This document shows, piece after piece, positions 12,578 to 25,186 of a stretch of DNA of 64,000 nt; position 1 is the stretch's first letter, and every line of letters starts with the position of its first letter. The position numbers and the translations under genes were made by a program. The stretch lies in assembly GCA_030390025.1 (NCBI GenBank), contig CM059425.1, positions 168,642,001 to 168,706,000 on the forward strand, given 5' to 3'. The notes beneath the pieces were generated by a model. The model was not told the DNA's origin, ran no database searches, and saw nothing but the letters and a program-made list of their open reading frames with translations. Origin of the DNA: Squalus acanthias. Its lineage: Eukaryota.

Positions 12578-14169
12578 TATAGGGATCAGTGGGTCACACA
12601 GAAGATAGCTGAGGTTCAATATCAGTAAGATTCTCTAGTACAAATTGCTAAAGTGGACTTGATGTGAGGACCCAGGGTTTTTAGCAAGGGTATATCAGTA
12701 GAAACAACCTTTATGAAGCAAAAACTGCAGATTTATTCTTTTCTGAACATTTGGATAGTTTTGAAACCCTCAGCTGGAAGTAGTGGACTAGCAGGTGTAC
12801 AGATCCTAGTCTGGCTGGAGCCTGTGGTTAATCATGAAAAATCCTATTTGCATTTGAAATGAGACCTATTCTTCATAGGGTGTACTTCTAGACTGGCAGG
12901 GTGTTGTCTTTTCCACTGGATAGGTTCATGGCATTAACTGTGGAATATTCTGCAGTTCAGAAAAGTTCCAGGTTAGGGGCATAGCTTTACTTGCATATTC
13001 TAGGCCAGATGGTGGCAGCCACCTCCATCGTGCTATATGCAAAGTTGCTTGTAAGATCCCTACAAAACATGCTGTCTTGTTCTACGTTGGTCTCCAGCAA
13101 ATTTCTGCAACTGATGAAACACATGACACCCTATAATGATAGTCAGAAAGCACCATTGCCTTAGCCAAGCATTTGTACAGATACAGTTACCAGCATTAGA
13201 AGGAAAATTCTCTCGCCGAATGTGGAACCCGTCTAAGGGGACTTGGACCAAGGTTAATATGGGACTGCCTATATGCCCTTCTGCAGATCAACACACTTCA
13301 ACATCAAGTGGTGTAGTTGTCTCTCAACTTTTTCAAAAGATGGATGCACAATAGAGAGGAAAATGTAACAATATGGTCTACAATATTAACAAACTTGATA
13401 TCCAGCTTTTTGACTCAATGTCTTGCAGATCTCTAATTGATGTCAGGTGAATTCTGCAGGTGTATCAGCCCATCATTTCGCTAGGGTACAGAATAAGACA
13501 GCAGGCAACTGCAATAGAGCCAATCATTTGGTCTTCAACAGATGGAAATCTGTAGTTTTTGAGATGTACCGTAATAGAACTCTTTGCAAAAAAGGAGGTT
13601 CTTTTGTAACTATTTTTATTTTTGCCAAATTATTCACAAGATTCTGGTGAAGGAAACAATCCGTGTCCATTGACCTTTTACTAGCCATGAAGACTTGATT
13701 CTTGACCTTCTGATCCTTAGCATTGCCCATGAGGCTGTCTTGACTCTGATGGACAGTTACTACTGCAACTCCCAGAGCTTCAAGCTATAGCATGGCAGTA
13801 AGCAAGCTAGCTTAGCAGAGCTGTCAGTGGATTCTACAGTACTGGTGTGCAGAAAGGTCTGTGTTTTGAAGGTTTACAACAGTAGGTTGAAGTGTTTTGT
13901 TTATTGAAGAAAGGACCGTAGCTGGAATATAATCTGGAAGCAATCTGACCATATCTGCAAATGCTACCTCTGTTTTGTTTTGTCAATGTTGCTTCTCTTT
14001 CTGGGATAGGCAGTTGGAGAAAACATCATTGTGTCATAGTTAATGTAAGGCGCAATCTTTTGTTCCTAGCTGAGATTTGAATTTGATTTTGAGCAAATCG
14101 ATGTCAGAACTCTTCGAACCTATGGGTTTTTGTGATCTTAAGTTTATTTAATTTATAAATATAGACATA

Positions 14170-14984
14170 GGGCGCAATCTTGTCAGCCCTGGGGAGGCGG
14201 GTTTGGAGGCGGGACTACCGGGAAAATGGCAGAATTTGGGGTCGGGTGCCCAACCCCCCTACGTTCCATCTTGCCAGGAGGCGGGTAGCAGTCCCGCGCC
14301 GGGTCCCGTCTCCTTGGAGGCGGGAAGGGATTACAGCCACTTAACTGTCTGTTAACAGGTAGTTAACAGGCAGAAAATAGGCTTATCACCATTTTGCCCA
14401 CACAAGTGCGGACTTCCCGAAGGCTCCGAACCCCGCCAGGTCAGCGAGGCGAGCAGTGGGTCTCCGGGGGTCGGAGGGGTCCAAAAGTGCGCTGTGGAGG
14501 TGAGTGATGGGTGCAAGTGTGGAGAGGTGAGTATCTGAGGTAAGTGAAAAGTGTTAGAAAAAGTGTACTTACCTTTGTTTCTTCCTGCAGGCTTCAGTCG
14601 GTGGGTATGCGGAGAGTCTCGCACCTCCGCGGTAGAGATGACAGATGGCCGTTGCATTCTCCAATGCAACAACCATCTCATTTCTGCAAAAGAAAGAGGT
14701 TTGATGAGGTCTTGAATTCAAGACCTCATCAAACTACAGAGAATGTCAGTGTTTGACAGCTTCACAGAGCTGTCAAACGATGACAATTCTGACAGATGAA
14801 ACGTCATACGTTGACATTCTCTGCAACTGGCTTTTCCTTAATTGGCCTACTAAGCCCGCTGGGCGGGCTTAACAAGGTCAATCAAGGGAAAATAGCGTGG
14901 GTTGGCCAGAAGTTGATGGCGGGACTGAAACCCGACAAGTGGGAGTCCAGCCTCCAAAAGCTCCCCATTGGCCAAATCACCCCC
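14170..14984. mobile_element. Non-autonomous Harbinger-like DNA element
   Basis: ATA flanks on both sides; imperfect GGG-initiated TIRs; internal TGACAG...CTGTCA palindrome. Confidence 0.6.
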
Positions 14985-16920
14985 ATAGAGTACAAAAGCC
15001 AGTAAGTTATGCTTAACCTATATAAAACACTATTTCGGCCCCAGATGGAGTATTGTGTCCAATTCTGGGCACCACACTTTAGGAAGGATATGAAGACTTT
15101 GGGGAGAGTACAGAAGAGATTTACTAGGATGGTTCCAGAGATGAGGGACTTCAGTTACGTAGATAGACTGGAGAAACTGGGGGTTGTTCTCCTTCGAGCA
15201 CAGAAAACTAAGAGAAGATTTAATAGAGGTGTTTTTTTAATTTTTTTTATTCGTTTATGGGATCAGGACGTCGCTGGCAATGCCAGCATTTATTGCCCAT
15301 CCCTAGTTGCCCTTGAGAAGGTGGTGGTGAGCCGCCTTCTTGAACCGCTGCAGTCCGTGTGGTGATGGTACTCCCACAGTGCTGTTAGGTAGGGAGTTCC
15401 AGGATTTTGACCCAGCGACGATGAAGGATCAGCGATATACTTCTAAGTCAGGATGGTAGGGAACTTGGAGGTGGCGGTGTTCCCATGTGCCTGCTGCCCT
15501 TGTCCTTCTAGGTGGAAGAGGTCGCGGGTTTGGGAGGTGCTGCCGAAGAAGCCTTGGCGAGTTGCTGCAGTGCATCTTGTAGATGGTACACACTGCAGCC
15601 ACGGTACGCCGGTGGTGGAGGGAGTGAATGTTTAAGGTGGTGGATGGGGTGCCATTCAAGCGGGCTGCTTTGTCCTGGATGGTGTCGAGCTTCTTGAGTG
15701 TTGTTGGAGCTGCACTCATCCAGGCAAGTGGAGAGTATTTCATCACACTCCTTACTTGTGCCTTGTAGATGGTGGAAAGGCTTTGAGGAGTCAGGAGGTG
15801 AAACACTCGCTGCAGAATACCTAGCCTCTGACCTGCTCTTGTTGCCACAGTATTTATGTGGCTGGTCCAGTTAAGTTTCTGGTTAATGGTGACCCCCAGG
15901 ATGTTGATAGTGGGGGATTCGGCGATGGTAATGCCGTTGAATGTCAAGGGGAGGTGGTTAGACTCTCGCTTGTTGGAGATAGTCATTGCCTGGCACTTCT
16001 GTGGCGCGAATGTTACCTGCCACTTATCAGCCCAAGCCTGAACGTCATCCAGGTCTTGTTTCATGCGGGCATAGACTGCTTCATTATCTGTGGAGTTGCA
16101 GTCATCAGCAAACATCCTCATTTCTGACCTTATGTTGGAGGGAAGGTCATTGATGAAGCAGCTGAAGATGGTTGGGCCTAGGACACTGTCCTGAGGAACT
16201 CCTGCAGCAATGTCCTGGGGCTGTGATGATTGACCTTCAACCACCACAACCATCTTCCTTTGTGCTAGGTATGACTCCAGCCAGTGGAGTGTTTTCCCCG
16301 ATTCCCTTTGACTTCCGTTTTACTCGGGTTCCTTGATGCCAGACTCAGTCAAATGCTGCCTTGATGTCAAGGGCAGTCACTCTCATCTCTGGAATTCAGC
16401 TCCTTTGTCCATGTTTGGACCAAGGCTGTAATGAGGTCGGGAGCCGAGTGGTCTTGGGCATCAGTGAGCAGGTTATTGGTGAGTAAGTGCCGCTTGATAG
16501 CACTGTCGATGACACCGTCTATCAGTTTGCTGATGATTGAGAGTAGACTGATGGGGCGGTAATTGGCCGGGTTGGATTTGTCCTGAAGCATGAAGGGTTT
16601 AGATGGAGTAAATAAAGAGAATTGTTTCCAGTGGCTGAAGGGTCGATAACGAGAGGGCACAGATTTAAAGTGATTGGCAACAGAACCAGAGGCGACATGA
16701 GGAAAAACTTTTTTACGCAACGAGTGATTAGGATTTGGAATGCACTGCCTGATGAGGGTGGTGGCTACAGATTCAATAGTAGCCTTCAAAAGTGAAGTGG
16801 AGAAAAAATTAAAGGAATATGGGGAAAGTGCGGGGGAGTGGGACTGACTGGTTTGCTCTTCGAAAGAGCTGACACAGATTCGAATGGCCTCCTTCAATGC
16901 TGTACTATTCTATTATTCTA
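14985..16920 (+). mobile_element. CR1 LINE 3' fragment split by a family B insertion (14985-15231 and 16586-16920)
   Basis: LYKTLFRPQMEYCVQFWAP before the insert; CR1 sequence resumes colinearly after it. Confidence 0.8.
15232..16585 (-). mobile_element. Family B LINE, 5'-truncated
   Basis: ORF 15429-16253 closely similar to the other family B copies; poly-A tail at 15232-15250. Confidence 0.92.
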
Positions 16921-17470
16921 TAATTTAAAATGATTGCTGGCCTTTGGGTTAGGATCACTGAGCTGCATATATTGGTTGTAGCCTTGACTTACTATTTTGG
17001 CGTCGGGATAGGATAGTTCTCAAGTTTAACTATATAGAATAAAGTCTAACATCCATGCAGTTGTCTCAGGAAATTATATGATACAAAAGTCTCTCCCTCA
17101 ACTCTGTTATGTGCTTGTATATTGAAGAAAAAAACATACAAGAATTAACTGACCACGGGCAACAACTGTTGCAATTCATTAGTGTAGCTCTTGTTTAAAC
17201 ATTTAACAAGTGTTGGTCTGGAGTTAATGTTTTACTCTACAAGTTATTTTAATTTACATTTAACTAGTAGACTACCTGGCATGGGGCTAAGGAGTCTTTT
17301 GATGTACTACATAAGACCTCACAACTGTATGGGACAGACTAGATGAACAAGGTGTTCGTTTCCTGTCCGACGTTTTCGTATGTATGTAGGATGTACTTTT
17401 ATATTTAAAAAAGAGAAAGAAATACTAGAAATCTTGTAGGAATCACCAAAAATGAGTGAAGTGTACTGGA

Positions 17471-17898
17471 GTGTCAGTTTTGGCTCAGTGGTAAACGCAC
17501 TGACTTCTGAGTCAGAAGGATATGAGTTCAAGCCTCACTGAAGAGACTTGAGCACATAACCTAGGCTGACACTCCAGTGCAGTAATGAGAGAGTGCTATA
17601 CTGTCGGAAGCGCAGTTTTTTGGATGAGACATTAAACCTCTCAGGTGGACATAAAAGATCTCACGGTACTATTCTGGTGTTCTGGCCAACATTTATCCCT
17701 CAACCAACTCCACTAAAATAGATTATCTCATCATTTATTTCATTGCTGTTTGTGGGGCATTGCTACACATAAATTATGCTGCTGTATTTGCCTACATTAC
17801 AACAGTGACTACACTTCAATAATACTTCATTGGATGTTAAGCTAGTTGGGATGTCCTGAGATTGTGAAAGGTGCAATCTAAATGCAAGTTTGTTCTTT
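17471..17898 (+). mobile_element. Deu-domain SINE (SacSINE1-like)
   Basis: A box tggctcagtgg, B box gagttcaagcc, Deu core, L2-like tail. Confidence 0.85.
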
Positions 17899-18409
17899 AT
17901 TAGTTTTGTAATGTTGTAGATGTAAATAACTACAGACATGTAAATATTCAGATAATTTCTTGAATAAATTAGAAGTGTTATCAAATTATGAACAATTCAG
18001 TAGTTTATGTTGTGCTCAAGAAACTGTTTATAGTATAGTGGTTTTATATTAAAGAATCGGAGTTTAACTCAATGAGGTAAAGTTTATGCTGAGTTTAACA
18101 CAACATAGACAGCAAGTGAATAAATAAGCTGCCAATTGCTTTGGAGTCATTATGAAGTGATCATTTTAAATTCAGAACATGTACTTAAAATCAGAACCTC
18201 AAACAATAACACAAATACAATAATTTGCACAGGAAGAGGCATTTTTACATCTTTTTTGTTCACCTTTACTGTTTTTACTCAATAACAATTGAAGTGCTTT
18301 TTCAACAGCACTATGCAGTTGGAAAATACTCGGACAAACCCGGTGAGAGTGTAGAAGATGTCACAAAGGTTAATGAGGCACTAAGTGTAATTTTTATTTC
18401 ATTTTGCAG

Positions 18410-18497
18410 TTGACTTTAAGCCTCATGCAAGCATGGACACTGCTCATCATATGTTACTCTTTGGATGCAGCATGCCAGCCACTAATGAGGATTACTG
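18410..18497 (+). CDS. PAM: PAM coding exon (VDFKPHASMDTAHHMLLFGCSMPATNEDYW) with the CuH ligand pair HH
   Basis: ttgcAG acceptor, TG|GTAATG donor; 88 nt, phase 1 to 2; matches PHM DFKPxASMDTxHHMLLFGC. Confidence 0.97.
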
Positions 18498-19867
18498 GTA
18501 ATGATTTTAGCTTGTATTTCTAAAATGTTTAAAAAGTACTATATCGTGAAGTTGTTTGCCAAATAATGAATCATTGTATAACACAAATTATAGGGCGTAG
18601 TAATAATCCTGTGTTCTTTTAATCCCACTGAAGGTGTTTGTTCTTTACAATCTGTTTCTTATTTTGTGCATGTATATACTGATAACACAATAATAAAGCA
18701 AGCACAGTTTAATAAAATAAGGTCCGATGGAGTAAATTGCAAGGCTATAATCTAATTTAGTGGTGCTCAGATCATGCTATAAACTCTGAAAGTGAAGTAT
18801 AAATTGTTCGAGAAATTTCTGCTGGTTTAATCCCTGGTTTAATTTATAGCCTGATTATTTTGTATCTGGAAATTGTACCGTTACAAATCTTGCCACATGT
18901 TTAATTCACAGTTTGTTATTGATGTTGCAGAATCTCAATGGGGCAGAATAATGTTCACAAATATATTGTCCTGCCATTACTGCTAATGTTTGAGAAAATT
19001 TGAATATATTTCAGGGAGGCATATATATACTGGGATGCAGTAAAGGACACTTTCGCAATCGTCAACAATTGTGACCAATGCCTCCTGGCAAATCACAACT
19101 GTACGAATTTCCAAGGCATTTTCATGAAGAACCAGCTTTGTAAATTGGAGGAGATCCTTGAGGACACTGATGGTAGAAGCAGTCAGGTCCACAAAAATGT
19201 TGAAATCATCCCATCACGTTTCTTTTCTCAGTCTCATCAAAGATGCCAACCTACAAAACTCGCAGAATCTGGCAATAGCTTCAAAGTACTTGACGCAGCA
19301 CTAAGAGTTGGCAAATCAATAACAATTGACAACTCAAAAATAACCCTCAATGTAGCTCTGTGATCCTTAACTTGACTGAATAAGTTAAAATCCATATTTA
19401 TTACTTGGGAATCCGAGATTTTTACCAGTCTTTCATAAGTTGGTTTGTTTTTCTATGAAATTAAACCCCCTGATCTTGCCTGTGACTTGTTGAGACTGGT
19501 AATTATACTGAAAATGTTGTGGAACATGAACTTGTCATAACTTTAGTAAGTGCACCCAAAATTCCATCACTTCTAGTGGAGAGAAAAACTGAAAAACATA
19601 AAAATGCATTTCTTAAGTGACAGATTTAGCAACTTTTGAAGCACACTGCAAAAACAAGATTTATTTCTGCGGAGGTCTTGGGTGCATTCCTTTCCTCGGG
19701 TACACCTTTTTGATGCTTTTTTCCAGCATTTTGGACTCTGCTATAACTCTGCTTTTTGAGCCAAAAATAACTTATTCTGGAAGGGTTATAGATGTTTTAA
19801 ATTTTAAAGTGAAATAGTTGCTACAAGTTACAATTGATGGTTGTTTCTTGTAGCATCAGAAGGTAAT

Positions 19868-20103
19868 GGCCCTGAATTTCCGATCGGAGGCTTCCTGTGG
19901 GCATCTATGAACCTACCTGCTGGTTCCGTAGATCCCGAGGCTTCCGATCCTGGGCCCCTCCTGTTGGAAATTCGCAGAGGCCCACGTATCCCAGGGGCGC
20001 ATGCGGTTCGCGTGGGCCAGGCAAACCAATCAAAGAAGGGAATCCCCCTTCATATTTTTGACAGTTCTCTATGCATAGAACTGTCAAAAGTATGAATGGG
20101 GAA
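19868..20103. mobile_element. Harbinger-like MITE end, copy 1
   Basis: Terminus ggccctgaatttccgatcggaggcttcc after AAT; homologous to 22255-22494 (inverted) and 33720-33979. Confidence 0.7.
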
Positions 20104-20224
20104 CAAAAGGGAAAGTATGTGATAGGCTGGAAGGCAGGAGAGATTAAAAGGCAAAAGGGATGATGGTGCAAGGCCAAAGGAGATGGTAATAGAACAAGTT
20201 AAGAAACAAAAGATGACTCCAGAT

Positions 20225-21600
20225 GAGGTGTTGAGTTGGTTGCCATAGAAATCAGTATTGGGACCACTACTGTTTCTAATTTACATTAATGACATGGTTT
20301 CAGAAAATCAAAGCAAATTGGCCAAATTTACAGATGAGACTAAACTAGAAGGGACAGTGGATCAGCAGAGGCAGCTCAGAAATTACAGAATGAGTTGGAT
20401 AAAATATGTAAGTGGGCAGAACTGTGGCAAATTAAATTTAATATGGACCCGTGTAAAATATTGCACATAGGAAAAAATAAGCAACAAGACATTGAAATAG
20501 GTAAGGATGAAGTTGAAAGAGATCCAAGAGTTTTGTTGAACTCAACGTGAAAGTAAAGAAGGAAAGAACGTGTCTTAATATATAGCAGCTTTCACATCCT
20601 CAGGATGTCCTAAAGCTCTTCACAGCCAATGAACTATTTTGAAGTGTAATTTATGCACAGAAAAATTCCACACACAGCATTGAGAAGCAACCAGATGATC
20701 TGTTTCAGTGGGATTGATTGAGGGACACATGAGAAATCCTCTGCTCTTCTTCAGATAGAGCCATGAGATTGTTTATGTCCATCTGAATCGACGGATGGAG
20801 CCTTGGTTTAATGTCTCATCTGAATGACGACCCCTCTGACAGTGCAGCTATCCCTCAGTACTGCACTGAAGTGTCAGCGTAGATTATGTGCTCAAGTCCT
20901 GGAGTAGGGCTTGAACTCTTATCTTCTGACTTAAATGGAAGACTGCTACCTCTGAAAATTAAAACGAACTTGAAGGAAACCTGTCCAAGTAAAAATCAAC
21001 ACAGCTGATAGAATGTTGAACTATATAACCAGAACAGTAGAGTATAAGTTAAAAGAAGTCATGCTAAAACTGTATAGTGCTCTGGTCAGATTACAATTTA
21101 AATACAGTGTCCAATTATCATCATGATATAGGGGAGCATTTGAGCACTGGAAGCAGTTCAGAAAAGAGCTAAGAGATTGATCACGAGTGTTATAGTTCTG
21201 AGGTAGAATTAATGATTGGAGAAACCTTGGCATTTCAGCCTAGTCTGAGAGGTAATCTTTTTGAGGTATGCAAGATAGTAAATGATGGAAAAAGGTCAAT
21301 CTGGAAAGTTACTTCAAAATAAATTGCAAGAGTAAGACGAAGTAACATAGGTTGAAACTAATAAAAGACTATTTCTGCACTGACATCAGGAAGTTCTTCA
21401 AAGAGTGATCAGTCAATGAAAATTAACTTCCAATTAAACGAGTGGCAATAAAAACCTTGGAACTATTTAAAAAACATTTGGATGCTCTAATTAGGGGGTG
21501 GGCGGGGGGAGTGGGTGGTAGATTGTAGTTTGTTTTTTGGATGGGGTAACCTATGATCGGCCAACTGGCCTTTTTCATTTGTATTTATTTTGTGATACTG
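20225..21600 (+). mobile_element. Old, degraded CR1 fragment interrupted by a Deu-SINE
   Basis: GPLLFLIYINDM...LAKFTDETKL in ORF 20258-20470; degenerate continuation after 20980. Confidence 0.65.
20549..20953 (-). mobile_element. Deu-domain SINE, degenerate
   Basis: Colinear with the copy at 12146-12577. Confidence 0.75.
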
Positions 21601-22254
21601 TGGGTAGCTTTATTAATGTAATTTTAATTTTATTTATTCCTAAAATAAAAAGTGTTGAACTCTATTGCTTGGAATTTCCACAGAGTTCTCTGGTGGAGAT
21701 TGGTGCAAACCTTGGAAAAATGATGTAAACAGCTAAAAATGGCCCTTTATGCCATTTCTCTGGGGATTTCGCTGGTCTCCTACTGAAGTTACAGCATGTG
21801 ATTAGAAGAAGCCCTGAAACTCAAGACCTTTCCTTCTGCTCACCCTGTCTTTCCTTTTCTTTCTCTTGCTTCCATTATTATTTTTTCAGATTTAGATTTA
21901 TTTTAATTCTAAATCATACTTCTATTAGAAATATGTTTTGTTTATAGTTTAAACATTAAATTTACCTGTTTTTCTCTCTATCTGATTTGCATTTGGAGGT
22001 GGGAAACAGATCGTGAAAAATTGTCCTCTAGCTAGATTTTCAGCCAAATAAGAGCTTAGGTATCAAAACTTGACTTGATGTCCTTTGGAGTGAATGCTCT
22101 AGCCCAGGGAAGCATGGCATTCTAGTGGAAAAGACTGTGTTGCTGTAGTTTTTTTTTACATTAATATTAGATCTCATGTTTTCACATTTAAAATGTTATT
22201 TACTAAGAAAACGGTCCCAAAAATGAATCAACTCTACTTATTGATCAAAGGAGA

Positions 22255-22494
22255 GACCTGTCAAAAGTGTGAAGGGGGATTCCCTTCTTTGATTGGTTCC
22301 CCGTGGCCCACGTGATCCCAGGGACGCTTGCGAGAACTGCCTGCGCCCCTGGGATACCTGGGCCTCTGTGTGCGCACCAGGAGAGGCCCAGGAGCAGAAG
22401 TGTCGGGACCTATGGAGCCAGCCGGTAAGTTCGTAGATTTTTCCAGATCGGAGGCATCCGCACGCAGGAAGCCTCCGATCGGAAAATCCGGCCC
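22255..22494. mobile_element. Harbinger-like MITE end, copy 2 (inverted relative to 19868-20103)
   Basis: Ends ggaagcctccgatcggaaaatccggccc followed by ATT. Confidence 0.7.
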
Positions 22495-22973
22495 ATTAAG
22501 TGTTTGTTATTATTGCCAGCAGTAACTTCTAGCCTATGTTGCTGTTTTGAACCTGTCAAAAAATATTTATTTTGTTGAATTGCAAATGAAAATCATTAAA
22601 CAGTGCAGTCTTTAAAAACAAGTGTGCACAATTTACACAAACAGGCACAGGCAGCTGAATTTTGTGCTGTCGGGTGGACCTGATTGACTACCTCCAGCCT
22701 AATGTTCACAATGCATTAAATCATGCTGATTCTTCAGACCACTGCTCACATTTCCCTGAGAGTGTTGACTGCTCTAATACAGATGATACAGTTGAGGACC
22801 TACAAAAGGAGTATGTTAAAATTTGCAACTGAACAAATCAATCATAGATGAAATTGAATACATACAAGTGCAATCTGGTTCACCAATGCCCTTTAGGGAA
22901 GGAAATCTGCTGTCCTCACCTGGTCTGGCCTATATGTGACTCCAGACCCACAGCAATGTGGTTGAGTCTTAAC

Positions 22974-25186
22974 TTTTTTTTTATTCGTTTATGGGATGTG
23001 GGCGTCGCTGGCAAAGCCAGCATTTATTGCCCTTGAGAAGGTGGTGGTGAGCCGCCTTCTTCAACCACTGCAGTCCGTGTGGTGAAGGTATTCCCACAGT
23101 ACTGTTAGGTAGGGAGTTCCAGGATTTTGACCCAGCGACGATGAAGGATCGGCGATATACTTCTAAGTCAGGATGGTGTGTGACTTGGAGGGGAACTTGG
23201 AGGTGGTGGTGTTCCCATGCACCTGCTGCCCTTGTCCTTCTAGGTGGGAGAGGTCGCGGGTTTGGGAGGTGCTGTCGAAGAAGCCTTGGCGAGTTGCTGC
23301 AGGGCATCTTGTAGATGGTACACGCTGCAGCCATGGTACGCCGGTGGTGGAGGGAGTGAATGTTTGAGGTGGTGGATGGGGTGCCAATCAAGCGGGCTGC
23401 TTTGTCCTGGATGGTGTCGAGCTTCTTGAGTGTTGTTGGAGCTGCACTCATCCAGGCAAGTGGAGAGTATTCCATCACACTCCTGACTTGTGCCTTGTAG
23501 ATGGTAGAAAGGCTTTGGGGAGTTGGGAGGTAAGACACTCGCCACAGAATACCTAGCCTCTGACCTGCTCTTGTTGCCACAGTATTTATGTGGTTGGTCC
23601 AGTTAAGTTTCTGGTCAATGGTGACCCCCAGGATGTTGATGGTGGGGGATTCGGCGATGGTAATGTCATTGAATGTCAAGGGGCGGTGGTTAGACTCTCT
23701 CTTGTTGGAGATAGTCATTGCCTGGCACTTCTGTGGCGCGAATGTTACCTGCTACTTATCAGCCCAAGCCTGAATGTCGTCCAGGTCCTGTTGTATGCGG
23801 GCATGGACTGCTTCATGCTTGGCTAATCTACTGGAATTTTTTGAGGAAGTAACTAGGAGAATAGATAAGGGAGAACCAGTGGATGTGGTGTATTTGGACT
23901 TTCAGAATGCTTTTGATAAGGCCCCGCATAAGAGATTGGCGTGCAAAGTTAAAGCACATGGGAATGGGGGTGAGGTACTGACTTGGAGAGAAAACTGGTT
24001 GGCAGACAGGAAGCAAAGAGTTGGAATAAACGGGTCTTTTTCCAAGTGGCAGGCAGTGACTAGTGGGGTACTCGGTGCTAGGACCCCAGCTATTCACAAT
24101 ATATATTAATGATCTAGACGAGGGAACTAGATGTAATATCTCCAAGTTTTCTAGACGACACAAAGCTGGGTGGGCGTGTGTGCTGTGAGGAGGATGCAGA
24201 GAAACTCCAGTATGATTTGGACAGGTTGGGTGATTGGGCAGATGCATGGCAGATGCAGTATAATGTGGATAAATGCGAGGTTATCCATTTTGGTGGCAAA
24301 AACAGGAAGACAGATTATTATCTGAACGGCAATAGATTGGGAAAAGGGGAAGTGCACGAGACCTGGGTGTCCTTGTGCACCAGTCGCTGAAGGTAAGCAT
24401 GCAGGTGCAGCAGGCGGTTAAGAAGGCAAATGGTATGCTGGCCTTCATAGCGAGAGGATTCGAGTACAGGAGCAAGGATGTCTTGCTGCAGTTGTACAGG
24501 GCCTTGGTGAGACCACACCTTGAGCATTGTGTGCAGTTTTTGTCGCCTTATCTGAGGAAGGATGTTCTTGCCATGGAGGGAGTGCAGCGAAGATTCACCA
24601 GACTGATACCTGGGATGGCAGGAATGACGTATGAAGAGAGATTGGGTCGATTAGGCTTATACTCGCTAGAGTTTAGAAGAATGAGAGGGGATCTCATTGA
24701 AACTTATAAAATTCTAACAGGACTAGACAGACTAGATGCAGGAAGGATGTTCCCGATGGCGGGGGAGTCCAGAACCAGGGGTCACAGTCTAAGGATAAGG
24801 GGTAAGCCATTTGGGACTGAGATGAGGAGGAATTTCTTCACCCAGAGAGTGGTGAACCTGTGGAATTCTCTACCACAGAAGGCAGTTGAGGCCAATTCAT
24901 TAAATATATAAGAAGGAGTTAGATATATTTCTTAAGGCTAAAGGGATCAAGGGATATGGGGAGAAAGCAGGGACAGGGTACTGAATTTGGATGATCAGCC
25001 ATGATCGCATTGAATGGCGGAGCAGGCTCGAGGGGCCGAATGGCCTACTCCTGCTCCTATCTTCTATGTTTCTATGTTCATTATCTGAGGAGTTGTGAAT
25101 GGCACTGAACACTGCAGTCGTCAGCGAATATCCCTATTTCTGACCTTTTTTTGGAGGGCAGGTCATTGATGAAGCAGCTGAAGATG
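22974..25186 (-). mobile_element. Family B LINE copy inserted antisense into the 5' region of the long copy (22974-23816 and 25077-25186)
   Basis: ORF 22981-23718; poly-T at 22974; sequence resumes colinearly after the CR1 insert. Confidence 0.88.
23817..25076 (+). mobile_element. CR1 LINE (family A) nested in the family B copy
   Basis: ORFs 23774-24109 and 24375-24911; TTCAT at both junctions (23812-23816 and 25077-25081). Confidence 0.92.

Noticed and set aside
13040..14130. Stretch with several short ORFs that might be an old coding remnant
   Set aside because: No motif recognised in the frames I translated; would need a translated homology search
17471..17545. tRNA gene
   Set aside because: A and B boxes run directly into a Deu-SINE body; this is a SINE head
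18983..19363. Short ORFs on both strands downstream of a PAM exon
   Set aside because: No recognisable domain or convincing splice-site pair
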